DNA of 64,000 bases from a virus. A program made the position numbers and the translations under genes. Below the pieces are notes generated by a model, which saw nothing but the letters and a program-made list of their open reading frames with translations, made no database searches and had not been told where the DNA came from. Below, one piece after another: positions 25,770 through 34,107 of the stretch. The stretch spans positions 1 to 64,000 of IMG/VR virus record IMGVR_UViG_3300020403_000005. One strand, given 5' to 3'. Numbering within the stretch: position 1 is the first letter of the stretch; each line of letters opens with the position of its first letter.

Positions 25770-28211
25770 ATGAGTTCGGCAATTAACGTAAAGAAGAGAA
25801 ATGGAAGACTTGAAAAACTCGACACAAACAAAATTAACTTATGTGCAGAAAGAGCCTGTGAAAACCTACAAGATGTTTCAGCTAGTGAGATCGTCCTAGA
25901 CGCTCACGTACAGTTTTACGACAAAATAACCACAGAAGACATTGACAAGGCTCTCATCATGAGTGCTCGTCAAAAAATAGAAAAAGAACCAAATTACACT
26001 TTTGCGGCAGCTAGACTACTTCTATCAAACGTTCACAAGGAGGTTTTTGGTGAGAATAGAGATGCAGACGTTTTCGACCAGCAGTATAAACTAAGCTTTG
26101 TTAAAAATATCAAGAAGCTAGTCAAGGAAGAGCTTCTTAGCGAGGACATGCTTGAGTTTGACCTTAAAAAACTAGCAGACGCTATCGTCCCAGATAGAGA
26201 TTTAAAATTCAAATACTTGGGACTGCAAATAATCTACGATAGATACCTTCTTCACGTACAAGGAAGAAGAATGGAGACTCCGCAAGCCTTTTGGATGAGA
26301 GTATCCATGGGTTTAGCGAAAAACGAGGAGAATAAAGAAGAATCTGCAATTAAATTTTATAATATTCTATCAACATTTAGACTTTGCTGTTCAACACCTA
26401 CCTTATTCAACAGTGGAACCAACAGAAGTCAACTAAGCTCATGTTATCTAAATACATTTGACGATTCTATAGATGGAATCTTTGAGGGGTTATGGCAAGA
26501 GGCCAGAAAAAGCAAATTCGCTGGAGGTCTAGGCTTCGATGTCACAAACTTCAGAGCGAGCAACTCTTACGTCAAGGGTACTAACGGTAAATCTTCAGGA
26601 CTCATTCCTTGGCTTAAAATTTACAACGACACCCTAATCGCAGTTGACCAAGGCGGCAAAAGACCAGGTGCTGGCTGCGCCTATCTGGAGCCTTGGCATC
26701 TCGACATTGAAGACTTTTTGGATTTAAAAAAGAATACGGGAGACGAGAGACGCCGCTGCCATGACATGAACACGGCAAACTGGCTACCAGACCTTTTTAT
26801 TAGAAAGGTTCAAAACGATGAAGATTGGTATATGTTCTCGCCTTCGGACGTTAGAGACCTACATGACCTGTACGGCGACAAGTTCGACAAAAGATACAAA
26901 AAGTATTGCAAACTAGCTGATGAAGGCCAACTAGAAAACCACAGAGTAATCAAGGCTAAAGACTTATGGAAAAAAATGCTAAGAGCATTGTTTGAAACTG
27001 GTCACCCTTGGATGACATTTAAAGATAACGCCAACATGCGCTACTCAAACACTCATGAGGGTGTAGTGCATAGTTCTAACTTATGTACAGAGATATTCTT
27101 ACATACAAAGCACTCGGAATATGAACTAGGCGTAAAAACAGAAGTTGGTGAAACAGCCGTGTGCAATTTAAGCTCCGTGAACCTCAAGGAACACTTAAAT
27201 GAAGATAATGAGCTTGATTTTGAATTACTTTCTGAAACCATTGCAGTTCAGATGCGTATGTTGGATAATGTAATTGATTTAAATTTTTATCCAACCAAGG
27301 AAGCGGAAAAGTCTAACCTGAAGCACAGACCAGTTGGAGCGGGAAGCATGGGCTGGGCCGATGTTTTTCACGCCTATAAAGTAGATTTTTCTAGTGACGA
27401 AGCCGTAAAGTTTTCTGATGAGCTTTACGAATTCATTTCGTATCATTGTATCTTAAATTCAAATAAGATAGCCGAGGAGAAAGGAACCTACCCATCTTAC
27501 GAAGGCTCTTTATGGAGTCAGGGTATCTTACCGATAGATACATACAAGAACCTAATGTCGTACCTAAACGAAAAGCCAATGATCCACAGAGGTAAGAAGT
27601 TCTGCCCCGAAGTTGATTGGAAAAAATTAAGACACGACATCAAAGAAAACGGAGTACGTAACAGTAATACTATGGCTATTGCGCCAACAGCTACGATCTC
27701 GTACATCCAAGGATGTTCCCCGTGTATTGAACCAGACTTTTCTGTATTGTTCGTTTATGAAAACAAAAGCGGCAACTTAACGATAGTTAACGAATGGTTC
27801 ATCAAGGAATGCAAGGAGTTGGGTATATGGAATCAGTCTGTAGTAGATGCAATTAAAGCTGTTGATGGAGATTTATCCCAGCTAAGTGATGACATTATCC
27901 CCCAAGAACTAAAGAATAGATTCTGCACCGCCTTTGACAGAGATCAATTTAAATTGATTGAATCGGCTGCGGCCAAGCAAAAATGGATCGACATGGGGCA
28001 ATCTTTAAATCTGTTTAATAAAAACACTAGCCTAAAATATTTAAATGATTTGTATATGTTTGCTCGCTCTCAAGGGCTGAAATCAACCTACTACCTAAGA
28101 AATCGATCAGCAAGCAAAATAGAAAAATCTACCACCAACACGAGCGAGGCGGACGGGTCTACCGCTAAAGCTTGCTCAATTATAGACCCAACATGCGAAA
28201 GTTGTCAATAA
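25770..28211 (+). CDS. nrdA: Ribonucleotide reductase class I alpha subunit
   Basis: ATP-cone (VKKRNGR), TPTLFNSG, SSCYL, SNLCTEI, APTATIS, KSTYY, C-terminal CESCQ. Confidence 0.96.
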   Translation: MSSAINVKKRNGRLEKLDTNKINLCAERACENLQDVSASEIVLDAHVQFYDKITTEDIDKALIMSARQKIEKEPNYTFAAARLLLSNVHKEVFGENRDADVFDQQYKLSFVKNIKKLVKEELLSEDMLEFDLKKLADAIVPDRDLKFKYLGLQIIYDRYLLHVQGRRMETPQAFWMRVSMGLAKNEENKEESAIKFYNILSTFRLCCSTPTLFNSGTNRSQLSSCYLNTFDDSIDGIFEGLWQEARKSKFAGGLGFDVTNFRASNSYVKGTNGKSSGLIPWLKIYNDTLIAVDQGGKRPGAGCAYLEPWHLDIEDFLDLKKNTGDERRRCHDMNTANWLPDLFIRKVQNDEDWYMFSPSDVRDLHDLYGDKFDKRYKKYCKLADEGQLENHRVIKAKDLWKKMLRALFETGHPWMTFKDNANMRYSNTHEGVVHSSNLCTEIFLHTKHSEYELGVKTEVGETAVCNLSSVNLKEHLNEDNELDFELLSETIAVQMRMLDNVIDLNFYPTKEAEKSNLKHRPVGAGSMGWADVFHAYKVDFSSDEAVKFSDELYEFISYHCILNSNKIAEEKGTYPSYEGSLWSQGILPIDTYKNLMSYLNEKPMIHRGKKFCPEVDWKKLRHDIKENGVRNSNTMAIAPTATISYIQGCSPCIEPDFSVLFVYENKSGNLTIVNEWFIKECKELGIWNQSVVDAIKAVDGDLSQLSDDIIPQELKNRFCTAFDRDQFKLIESAAAKQKWIDMGQSLNLFNKNTSLKYLNDLYMFARSQGLKSTYYLRNRSASKIEKSTTNTSEADGSTAKACSIIDPTCESCQ

Positions 28212-29221
28212 TGAATAAGAATGGATTGTTATTTGGAGAAGAAATCGCGGGGGTAAACCAAATCCTACCGCATAAACATGAAATGGTCTGGGATTTATTT
28301 CTCAAAGGGGTAGCCAACAACTGGTCTCCAGCAGAAATTAATATGTCTAACGACATCGAACAATGGAAAGACGGAACGCTCTCAAAAGATGAAAAACTAC
28401 TCGTCAAAAGATGTCTGGGCTTTTTTGCTGGAAGTGAGTCCTTGGTTGGTAATAATCTACTACTTACTGTCGCAAAATGGGTAACAGACCCAGAATGCCG
28501 CCAGTATATATTAAGACAAGCTTACGAGGAGTCACTGCACAACTGGACGGTGGTTACGTGTTGCGACAGCTTCAACCTAAAGGTCAGCGATGTTTATGAG
28601 GCTTATGTTAATATTCCATCTATCAAAGCAAAAGACGATTTCCTAATGGAGATTACCTCTGATGTAAACAGAGCAGAATTCACAACTAAAACTATTGAAG
28701 GTAAAAGAGAGTTTCTTAGAAATTTAATTACATATTATATTGTTTGTGAAGGAACATTCTTCTTTAGCGGCTTCGCCATGCTTTTGGCACTCGGCAGACA
28801 AAACAAGCTGTCAGGACTGTCTGATCAAATTAGATACACCCTAAGAGATGAGAGCTTGCATATAAAATTCGGAACATATCTGATCAACACTGTCAAGGAG
28901 CAATACCCAACCGTGTGGACTAAAAAATTCGAAGAAGAAACGGTAGAGCACATTAAAAAGGCTGTAGAGCTAGAGGTCAAATACGCCCACGACGTTCTAC
29001 CTCGTGGTATTTTGGGGCTAAACGCTGAAATGTTTGTAGACTACATGCAGTATATCGGAAATAGAAGATTGGAGGGTATCGGAATTGATTATCGATTCGA
29101 TAGCGATAACAACCCCTTCCCTTGGCTGTCTGAAGTTGTAGACACTGGAGCGATGACTAATTTCTTTGAAAGAAAAGTCAAAGATTACCAGAGTTCTGGA
29201 GTTTTAGAAGACGATTTTTAA
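28211..29221 (+). CDS. nrdB: Ribonucleotide reductase beta subunit, class Ic (R2c)-like
   Basis: FFAGSESLVGNN, EESLHNWTV, EGTFFFSGF, RDESLH, NFFERKVKDYQ; start at 28211 (TAATG overlap). Confidence 0.93.
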   Translation: MNKNGLLFGEEIAGVNQILPHKHEMVWDLFLKGVANNWSPAEINMSNDIEQWKDGTLSKDEKLLVKRCLGFFAGSESLVGNNLLLTVAKWVTDPECRQYILRQAYEESLHNWTVVTCCDSFNLKVSDVYEAYVNIPSIKAKDDFLMEITSDVNRAEFTTKTIEGKREFLRNLITYYIVCEGTFFFSGFAMLLALGRQNKLSGLSDQIRYTLRDESLHIKFGTYLINTVKEQYPTVWTKKFEEETVEHIKKAVELEVKYAHDVLPRGILGLNAEMFVDYMQYIGNRRLEGIGIDYRFDSDNNPFPWLSEVVDTGAMTNFFERKVKDYQSSGVLEDDF

Positions 29222-29222
29222 T

Positions 29223-29585
29223 ATGAACAATGTACAAGGCAAGGTTTGGGGGCTTACTCAACCATTATTCTGTAAAAATAATGTAGAAATACATAGAATC
29301 GAAGCTAAAAAAGGCGGATACTGCTCAAAACATAAGCACGAGTATAAATACAACGCTTTTTTTGTTGAGTCTGGTTGTTTGAAGATTACCGCGTGGAAGA
29401 ATGACTACAACCTTGTAGACGAAACTCTAGTAGGCGCAGGTCAAATAACAACCTGTCCGCCCAATGAATATCATATGTTCGAAGCGGTGGAGGATACTGT
29501 TGCTTATGAAATTTACTGGGTAGAATTAAATGAAAAAGATATAGTTCGAGAAAATTGCGGCGGAACGGAATCTTTATTAGATTAA
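29223..29585 (+). CDS. Cupin-domain protein
   Basis: KVWG, CSKHKHEYK...FFVESG, PPNEYHMF. Confidence 0.72.
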   Translation: MNNVQGKVWGLTQPLFCKNNVEIHRIEAKKGGYCSKHKHEYKYNAFFVESGCLKITAWKNDYNLVDETLVGAGQITTCPPNEYHMFEAVEDTVAYEIYWVELNEKDIVRENCGGTESLLD

Positions 29586-29636
29586 TTTAACAAAGCCATT
29601 TCTCTAATTGTAAATGATCGTGTAAATATAAGTGAC

Positions 29637-29897
29637 ATGGACGAGTCAACTCAATTACTGGTAAATATAGCCTTTGGATTAGTGTCTTTCTTTGGCGGGT
29701 GGATGGTTAAATTGTTGTTCGGTCAAATAGCTAAACTCAGAGAAGATCACAATAAACTCTCAGACAAACTTCACGAACATGCATTATCCTTACCCGAAAA
29801 ATACGTTAATAAGAGCGACTTGAATAGAATAACAGAAAAAATAGATGGCCAGTTTGAGAAACTTTACGAAAAAATAGACGATTTAGCTGCGAAATAA
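29637..29897 (+). CDS. Holin-like membrane protein with coiled coil
   Basis: One N-terminal transmembrane helix, then a coiled coil (YVNKSDL..KIDGQFEKLYEKID); GTGTAAATA upstream. Confidence 0.45.
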   Translation: MDESTQLLVNIAFGLVSFFGGWMVKLLFGQIAKLREDHNKLSDKLHEHALSLPEKYVNKSDLNRITEKIDGQFEKLYEKIDDLAAK

Positions 29898-29931
29898 ACC
29901 CGACACCACCCAGCACTCGTGCAGAGTCCAT

Positions 29932-29959
29932 AAATGACCCCTTCGGGGGTCATTTTTTT
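29932..29959 (+). terminator. Intrinsic terminator
   Basis: AAATGACCCC-TTCG-GGGGTCATTT followed by a T-run. Confidence 0.8.
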
Positions 29960-30002
29960 ATTGAAACTTTCTTACATATGTGCTAAAATATTAAGGTAGC
30001 AC

Positions 30003-30950
30003 ATGCAAAACGAAAAAAGAGATGTATTTTTAATTTGGGATTCGTTATTTGCTCACTTAAAACCTGAGTTTAAAATAAAAAAAACGCTACTGTACAACAA
30101 GCTGGCAGAACACTCTCAGGTTATGCTTTACAATCCAGACGCTTTCCAAAATGGAGAGAGAGTCGGAGATGTAAGAAAATTTATCTTAGAGTCAATTCAA
30201 GACCCTAACGTAACAATTCACCCAATGATATGGAATGGTTGCGAATTAGGATGCAGAATGTTTTACGATATTTTAAAAGATTTTAATTTAGACCAAGACA
30301 CGGTATTCATAGAGCAGGGATTGCTCCCCCAAAAAGATCACCTAAGATTTTTAACCACGCCAGTTAAAGACGAGGTGAACTACGGACTACCCGATGACCC
30401 GAAATTTTACAACTACACCTTCGAAAAACAAGATGTAGAAAGCTACATAACAAATTTACTAGACCCCATTGAAATCAAACCAAAATCCAATAGAGTCTCA
30501 ATCGTAACGCAGATAAGCTCAGACAGTTCCCTGTTTTCCCTTAACGACCCAGCGAAGCAGATACCAGAATTAGTGGAAAAGAAATTAATAGAAATTTACG
30601 AACAGAGCAAAATAAAAGATTTAGAGCTAATACTATGCCCGCACCCAATATGGCCAGAAAACTACAAAGCATATAATTTTGATGAAAAATACAAAATATC
30701 AACCAAGTCAACAATAGAGTCTTGCGCTGAGTCCGAGCTTGTGATAAGCTACAACTCCACAACCCTCTGCGAAACGGTAGCTCGCGGCATACCAAGCGTA
30801 GCTCTAAGTAAAGATCACCCATTAAACAAAACAGATGAATATTCTTTACTTTGTACAATCAAATACAGTCAATTCAAACCAAGCGAGATATCTTATAAAG
30901 ATTTTTTAGCACAGAAAAATAATTTTGTTAATTTAAAAAGAAATAAATAA
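30003..30950 (+). CDS. Capsule-biosynthesis (KpsS/KpsC-like) glycosyltransferase
   Basis: FIEQGLLP, TQISSDSSL, PHP, VISYNSTTLCETVARGIP. Confidence 0.6.
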   Translation: MQNEKRDVFLIWDSLFAHLKPEFKIKKTLLYNKLAEHSQVMLYNPDAFQNGERVGDVRKFILESIQDPNVTIHPMIWNGCELGCRMFYDILKDFNLDQDTVFIEQGLLPQKDHLRFLTTPVKDEVNYGLPDDPKFYNYTFEKQDVESYITNLLDPIEIKPKSNRVSIVTQISSDSSLFSLNDPAKQIPELVEKKLIEIYEQSKIKDLELILCPHPIWPENYKAYNFDEKYKISTKSTIESCAESELVISYNSTTLCETVARGIPSVALSKDHPLNKTDEYSLLCTIKYSQFKPSEISYKDFLAQKNNFVNLKRNK

Positions 30951-30953
30951 ATC

Positions 30954-32018
30954 ATGAGCAAAGGAGAAAGAGTGATTTTAGTTACTGGGGTACTAGGCCA
31001 AGATGGAGCTAACATGTGCGAGTACCTTTTAAGAGCCACGGACAATAAGGTCTACGGAATGATGCGTCGTTCAGCCAACCCAAACTTTGAAAACGCAAAG
31101 AAATTCTTAGATCACCCTAACTTCACATTAGTCCACGGAGACTTAACTGATGACGTTAGCATAGACAAACTAGTAAGAGAGATAAGACCTGAATACTTTA
31201 TTAATTTTGCGGCTAATTCATTTGTAGGCGTCAGTTGGGATATGCCAGAGCAAGTAATGGATGTAAACGCCTTGGGGGTTTTGAGATGTCTGGAAGCTAT
31301 TAGAAAGTTTAAACCAGACTGTAAATTCTACAGCGCGGGTAGCAGCGAAGAGTTCGGGGATGTTGATTACTCACCGCAGGACATAAGACACCCAATTAAG
31401 CCAAGAAGCCCATACGGAGCCTCTAAAGCAGCCGCCAGACATATAGTCAAGGTTTACAGAGAGTCTTACAACATGTACGCCGTTCATGGAATATTATTCA
31501 ATCACGAAGGTACCAAAAGAGGCGAAGAGTTTGTTACTAGAAAAATAACAAAAGGTGTTGCCAGAATAGTAAATCAACTTAAAAACGACAAAAAAGTTAC
31601 TCCAATTAGTCTGGGGAACCTAGACGCCAAAAGAGATTGGAGCGATAGCGAAGACTTTATTAAAGGTGTTTGGCTAATGCTTAATCAAAGCGTCTCCCCA
31701 CCAAAGGATTATGTTCTGTCCAGCGGGGAAACCCACTCAATAAGAGAGTTCGTGGAAAGAGCCTTCGAATACGCTGGCTATACTGGAGAGTTCAAAGGAA
31801 GCGGCCTGAAAGAAACTTTCTCTATCGGTCATCAAAGCAAGAATGTTACAGTGGTGAAAATCGACCCAAAATACCACAGACCAGCAGAAGTTGAACTTTT
31901 GCTAGGGAACTCAATACCAGCGCAACAAGAAATGGGATGGTATCCAGAAATTTCTTTTTGCAATCTCGTCAAAAAGATGGTAGAGTATGACATAGCTAAT
32001 TTTGATGAGAAAGCGTAA
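30954..32018 (+). CDS. gmd: GDP-mannose 4,6-dehydratase
   Basis: TGVLGQDG, SSEEFG, PRSPYGASK, GILFNHE, EFVTRKIT, GNLDAKRDW, RPAEVELLLG. Confidence 0.93.
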   Translation: MSKGERVILVTGVLGQDGANMCEYLLRATDNKVYGMMRRSANPNFENAKKFLDHPNFTLVHGDLTDDVSIDKLVREIRPEYFINFAANSFVGVSWDMPEQVMDVNALGVLRCLEAIRKFKPDCKFYSAGSSEEFGDVDYSPQDIRHPIKPRSPYGASKAAARHIVKVYRESYNMYAVHGILFNHEGTKRGEEFVTRKITKGVARIVNQLKNDKKVTPISLGNLDAKRDWSDSEDFIKGVWLMLNQSVSPPKDYVLSSGETHSIREFVERAFEYAGYTGEFKGSGLKETFSIGHQSKNVTVVKIDPKYHRPAEVELLLGNSIPAQQEMGWYPEISFCNLVKKMVEYDIANFDEKA

Positions 32019-32367
32019 ACTTAATAAATATCAGAAGTTAATAAGAAAATTCTTAAAAGACCCAGACGCTATTTACAAAAATAGAGGTTTGATCTCCAGA
32101 GAAGTTGCTTTAGGCAAAAAACTATATGCCAAAGTTGAACACGAAAAATTCTGGAAAGAGTGCTATTTAGAATTTAAATTAAATAGTTTGGCTTGGATTC
32201 TTAGTAAAGACGGTATCGATTGGATTAATCGAGAAGTCAAAAGAATTAAATTGAAACTTAGCAAGCCAGTAACGTATGATATCCTAGAAACAAAAGTAGG
32301 TGAAGATAAACAAACCTCCAAACCTAAAACGAAAACAATATTAGACTTTTTAAAAGAAGATGCCTAA
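32002..32367 (+). CDS. Hypothetical protein
   Basis: 121-aa basic ORF overlapping gmd and recA. Confidence 0.55.
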   Translation: MMRKRKLNKYQKLIRKFLKDPDAIYKNRGLISREVALGKKLYAKVEHEKFWKECYLEFKLNSLAWILSKDGIDWINREVKRIKLKLSKPVTYDILETKVGEDKQTSKPKTKTILDFLKEDA

Positions 32368-33460
32368 AAGAAAAACGACAAAAGCAGAAGACGGATTATC
32401 ACCAGTTGACCAGATAAGCGCGTACCTAGAAACAAACAAAGCAGATCACTACAACTTCGAAGAAGAGCGATCCTACGTAGTCTCCAGCGGCTCCTTACTA
32501 TTAGATATAGAAATGGGCGGAGGAATCGGACCAGGAGTTATTAGAGCGTCCGGTATAACCGAAGGAGGAAAAACTTCTTGCGCTTTAGCATTTGCAAAAA
32601 ACTTCCAAAAAATGGACAACGCTATGGTAGTTTATATCAAATCGGAAGGAAGACTTTCTGCCGAAATGATTGAACGCGCTGGAGTATCCACTGATGAAAA
32701 TAAGTGGTTTATATACAAAAGCAATGTATACGAATCAGTTATTAATTTAATGAGAGAATTGGTAGCAAACAATCCATCTCAAAGAAAATATATGTTCATC
32801 ATAGATTCTATGGACTCCCTAGTTCCAAAGAACGATCTGGAAAAACCACCAGAAGAAGCCAATAAAGTCGCTGGCGGTGCTTTATTAAGCTCAGACTTTT
32901 TAAGAAAGATGGCACTAGGCATGACTACTCGCGGCCACATTTGCTATATGGTCTCCCAAGTCAGAAGCAAGGTGTCGATTAACCCATACGAAAAAACTGA
33001 CGCCAGAGTGACCAACGCCTCTGGAGGTAATGCCTTGCTGCATTACAGTGATTGGATTCTTGAGTTCCAAGAAAGACATTTAAAAGATATTATTTCGACC
33101 CAACCAAATGGTAAAGGAGACCTACTTGGACACTGGTGCAAAGTTGTCTTCAAAAAGACACCTAACGAAAAAACTGGCTCTCTAGTGCGCTACCCAATAA
33201 GATATGGCAGAGTTGGAGGCAAAAGTATCTGGGTAGAATATGAAGTCGTAGACTACCTCATTGCATTTGATATGGCTAAAAAAGCTGGAGCTTGGGTAAC
33301 TATTTCTGACGACTTAATGTCCGAGGTTGAAGAGAAAACCGGAGAAGAATTCAAGAAGCAGCACCAAGGTACAGATAATTTAAGAAAATACTTCGAAGAA
33401 AATCCAAAAATCGGAAAGTATATTTTTAATAAATTTAGAGAGACACTCAAAAAGTCATGA
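32360..33460 (+). CDS. RecA/UvsX-like recombinase
   Basis: SSGSLLLDI.MGGG, GITEGGKT (Walker A), IIDSMDSL, SQVR, SGGNALLHY. Confidence 0.85.
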   Translation: MPKRKTTKAEDGLSPVDQISAYLETNKADHYNFEEERSYVVSSGSLLLDIEMGGGIGPGVIRASGITEGGKTSCALAFAKNFQKMDNAMVVYIKSEGRLSAEMIERAGVSTDENKWFIYKSNVYESVINLMRELVANNPSQRKYMFIIDSMDSLVPKNDLEKPPEEANKVAGGALLSSDFLRKMALGMTTRGHICYMVSQVRSKVSINPYEKTDARVTNASGGNALLHYSDWILEFQERHLKDIISTQPNGKGDLLGHWCKVVFKKTPNEKTGSLVRYPIRYGRVGGKSIWVEYEVVDYLIAFDMAKKAGAWVTISDDLMSEVEEKTGEEFKKQHQGTDNLRKYFEENPKIGKYIFNKFRETLKKS

Positions 33461-33873
33461 GACTCTTAAATATCAACGGCAAGCTACAGAAAAAAAGCGT
33501 AACTAAATATCTTGTAGATTGGGATAAAAAGTCCCGCTCCAAGATACAATTTACAGTAAAACAATTCCTAAAGACCTACTGGAAAGGTCAAGTAGTTTAT
33601 GAAGAGTTTCCCGTGTACGGAACTAAAATGTCAGTTGACATATTAAATGCTACAAAAAAAATAGCAATAGAAGTACAAGGGCGACAGCATAATGAATTTA
33701 ATAAGTTTTTTCACTCTGACTCACGATTGAAATATTTAGAGTCAATTAAACGAGACTTAAAAAAAGCCGAATGGCTAGAAATGAATGACTTTAATCTAAT
33801 AGAAATAAACGAAGATGAAATAAATCAGCTTTCTAAAAAATTCTTTTTGACAAAGTTCGATATTGTGCTATAA
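33457..33873 (+). CDS. PD-(D/E)XK / DUF559-like endonuclease
   Basis: VDIL...IAIEVQGRQH...RDLKK..WLE. Confidence 0.68.
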   Translation: MRLLNINGKLQKKSVTKYLVDWDKKSRSKIQFTVKQFLKTYWKGQVVYEEFPVYGTKMSVDILNATKKIAIEVQGRQHNEFNKFFHSDSRLKYLESIKRDLKKAEWLEMNDFNLIEINEDEINQLSKKFFLTKFDIVL

Positions 33874-33874
33874 T
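33847..33874 (+). promoter_or_regulatory. Consensus sigma70 promoter of tandem-pseudoknot RNA copy 2
   Basis: TTGACA-N16-TATAAT with extended -10 TG; predicted +1 near 33881, the first base of the RNA. Confidence 0.75.
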
Positions 33875-33881
33875 CAACTTT

Positions 33882-34046
33882 AAGGTTCGCGTCTACCTTG
33901 CGCTGGTGACTGAGTGCCATGCTGAAAGCCGTGATACTTGAAACTCAGAAGGCTCGCGCTTGCCTTACATTGGTGACTAAGTGCCATATTGAAAAGTACG
34001 AACCTAGAAACTTAGCAAGGTTGCCCCGCCTTGAACCAAGGGGTTT
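33882..34046 (+). ncRNA. Unrecognised 165-nt tandem-pseudoknot RNA, copy 2
   Basis: Gap-free homolog of 9491-9655; 2 x 67-nt units plus CAAGGT-TGCCCC-GCCTTG-AACCAA-GGGGT pseudoknot. Confidence 0.85.
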
Positions 34047-34065
34047 ACAAAAACTAAAACAGGTC

Positions 34066-34094
34066 TTGACGCAAGACCAAAAACAAGGTATATT
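34066..34094 (+). promoter_or_regulatory. Sigma70-type promoter of dnaB
   Basis: TTGACG-N17-TATATT, 13 nt before ATG 34108. Confidence 0.65.
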
Positions 34095-34107
34095 AAGAAA
34101 AACGAAA

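Noticed and set aside
33882-34046. CRISPR, TIGR-array or HDV/theta ribozyme reading of the repeats
   Set aside because: Variable segments pair with each other within the unit rather than acting as free spacers; only two units per locus; no Cas or Nop-domain gene seen; helix order differs from the HDV fold
33919-34107. 63-aa N-terminal extension of DnaB
   Set aside because: It overlaps the structured RNA and the dnaB promoter; the DnaB N-domain starts at MQIYS (34108)
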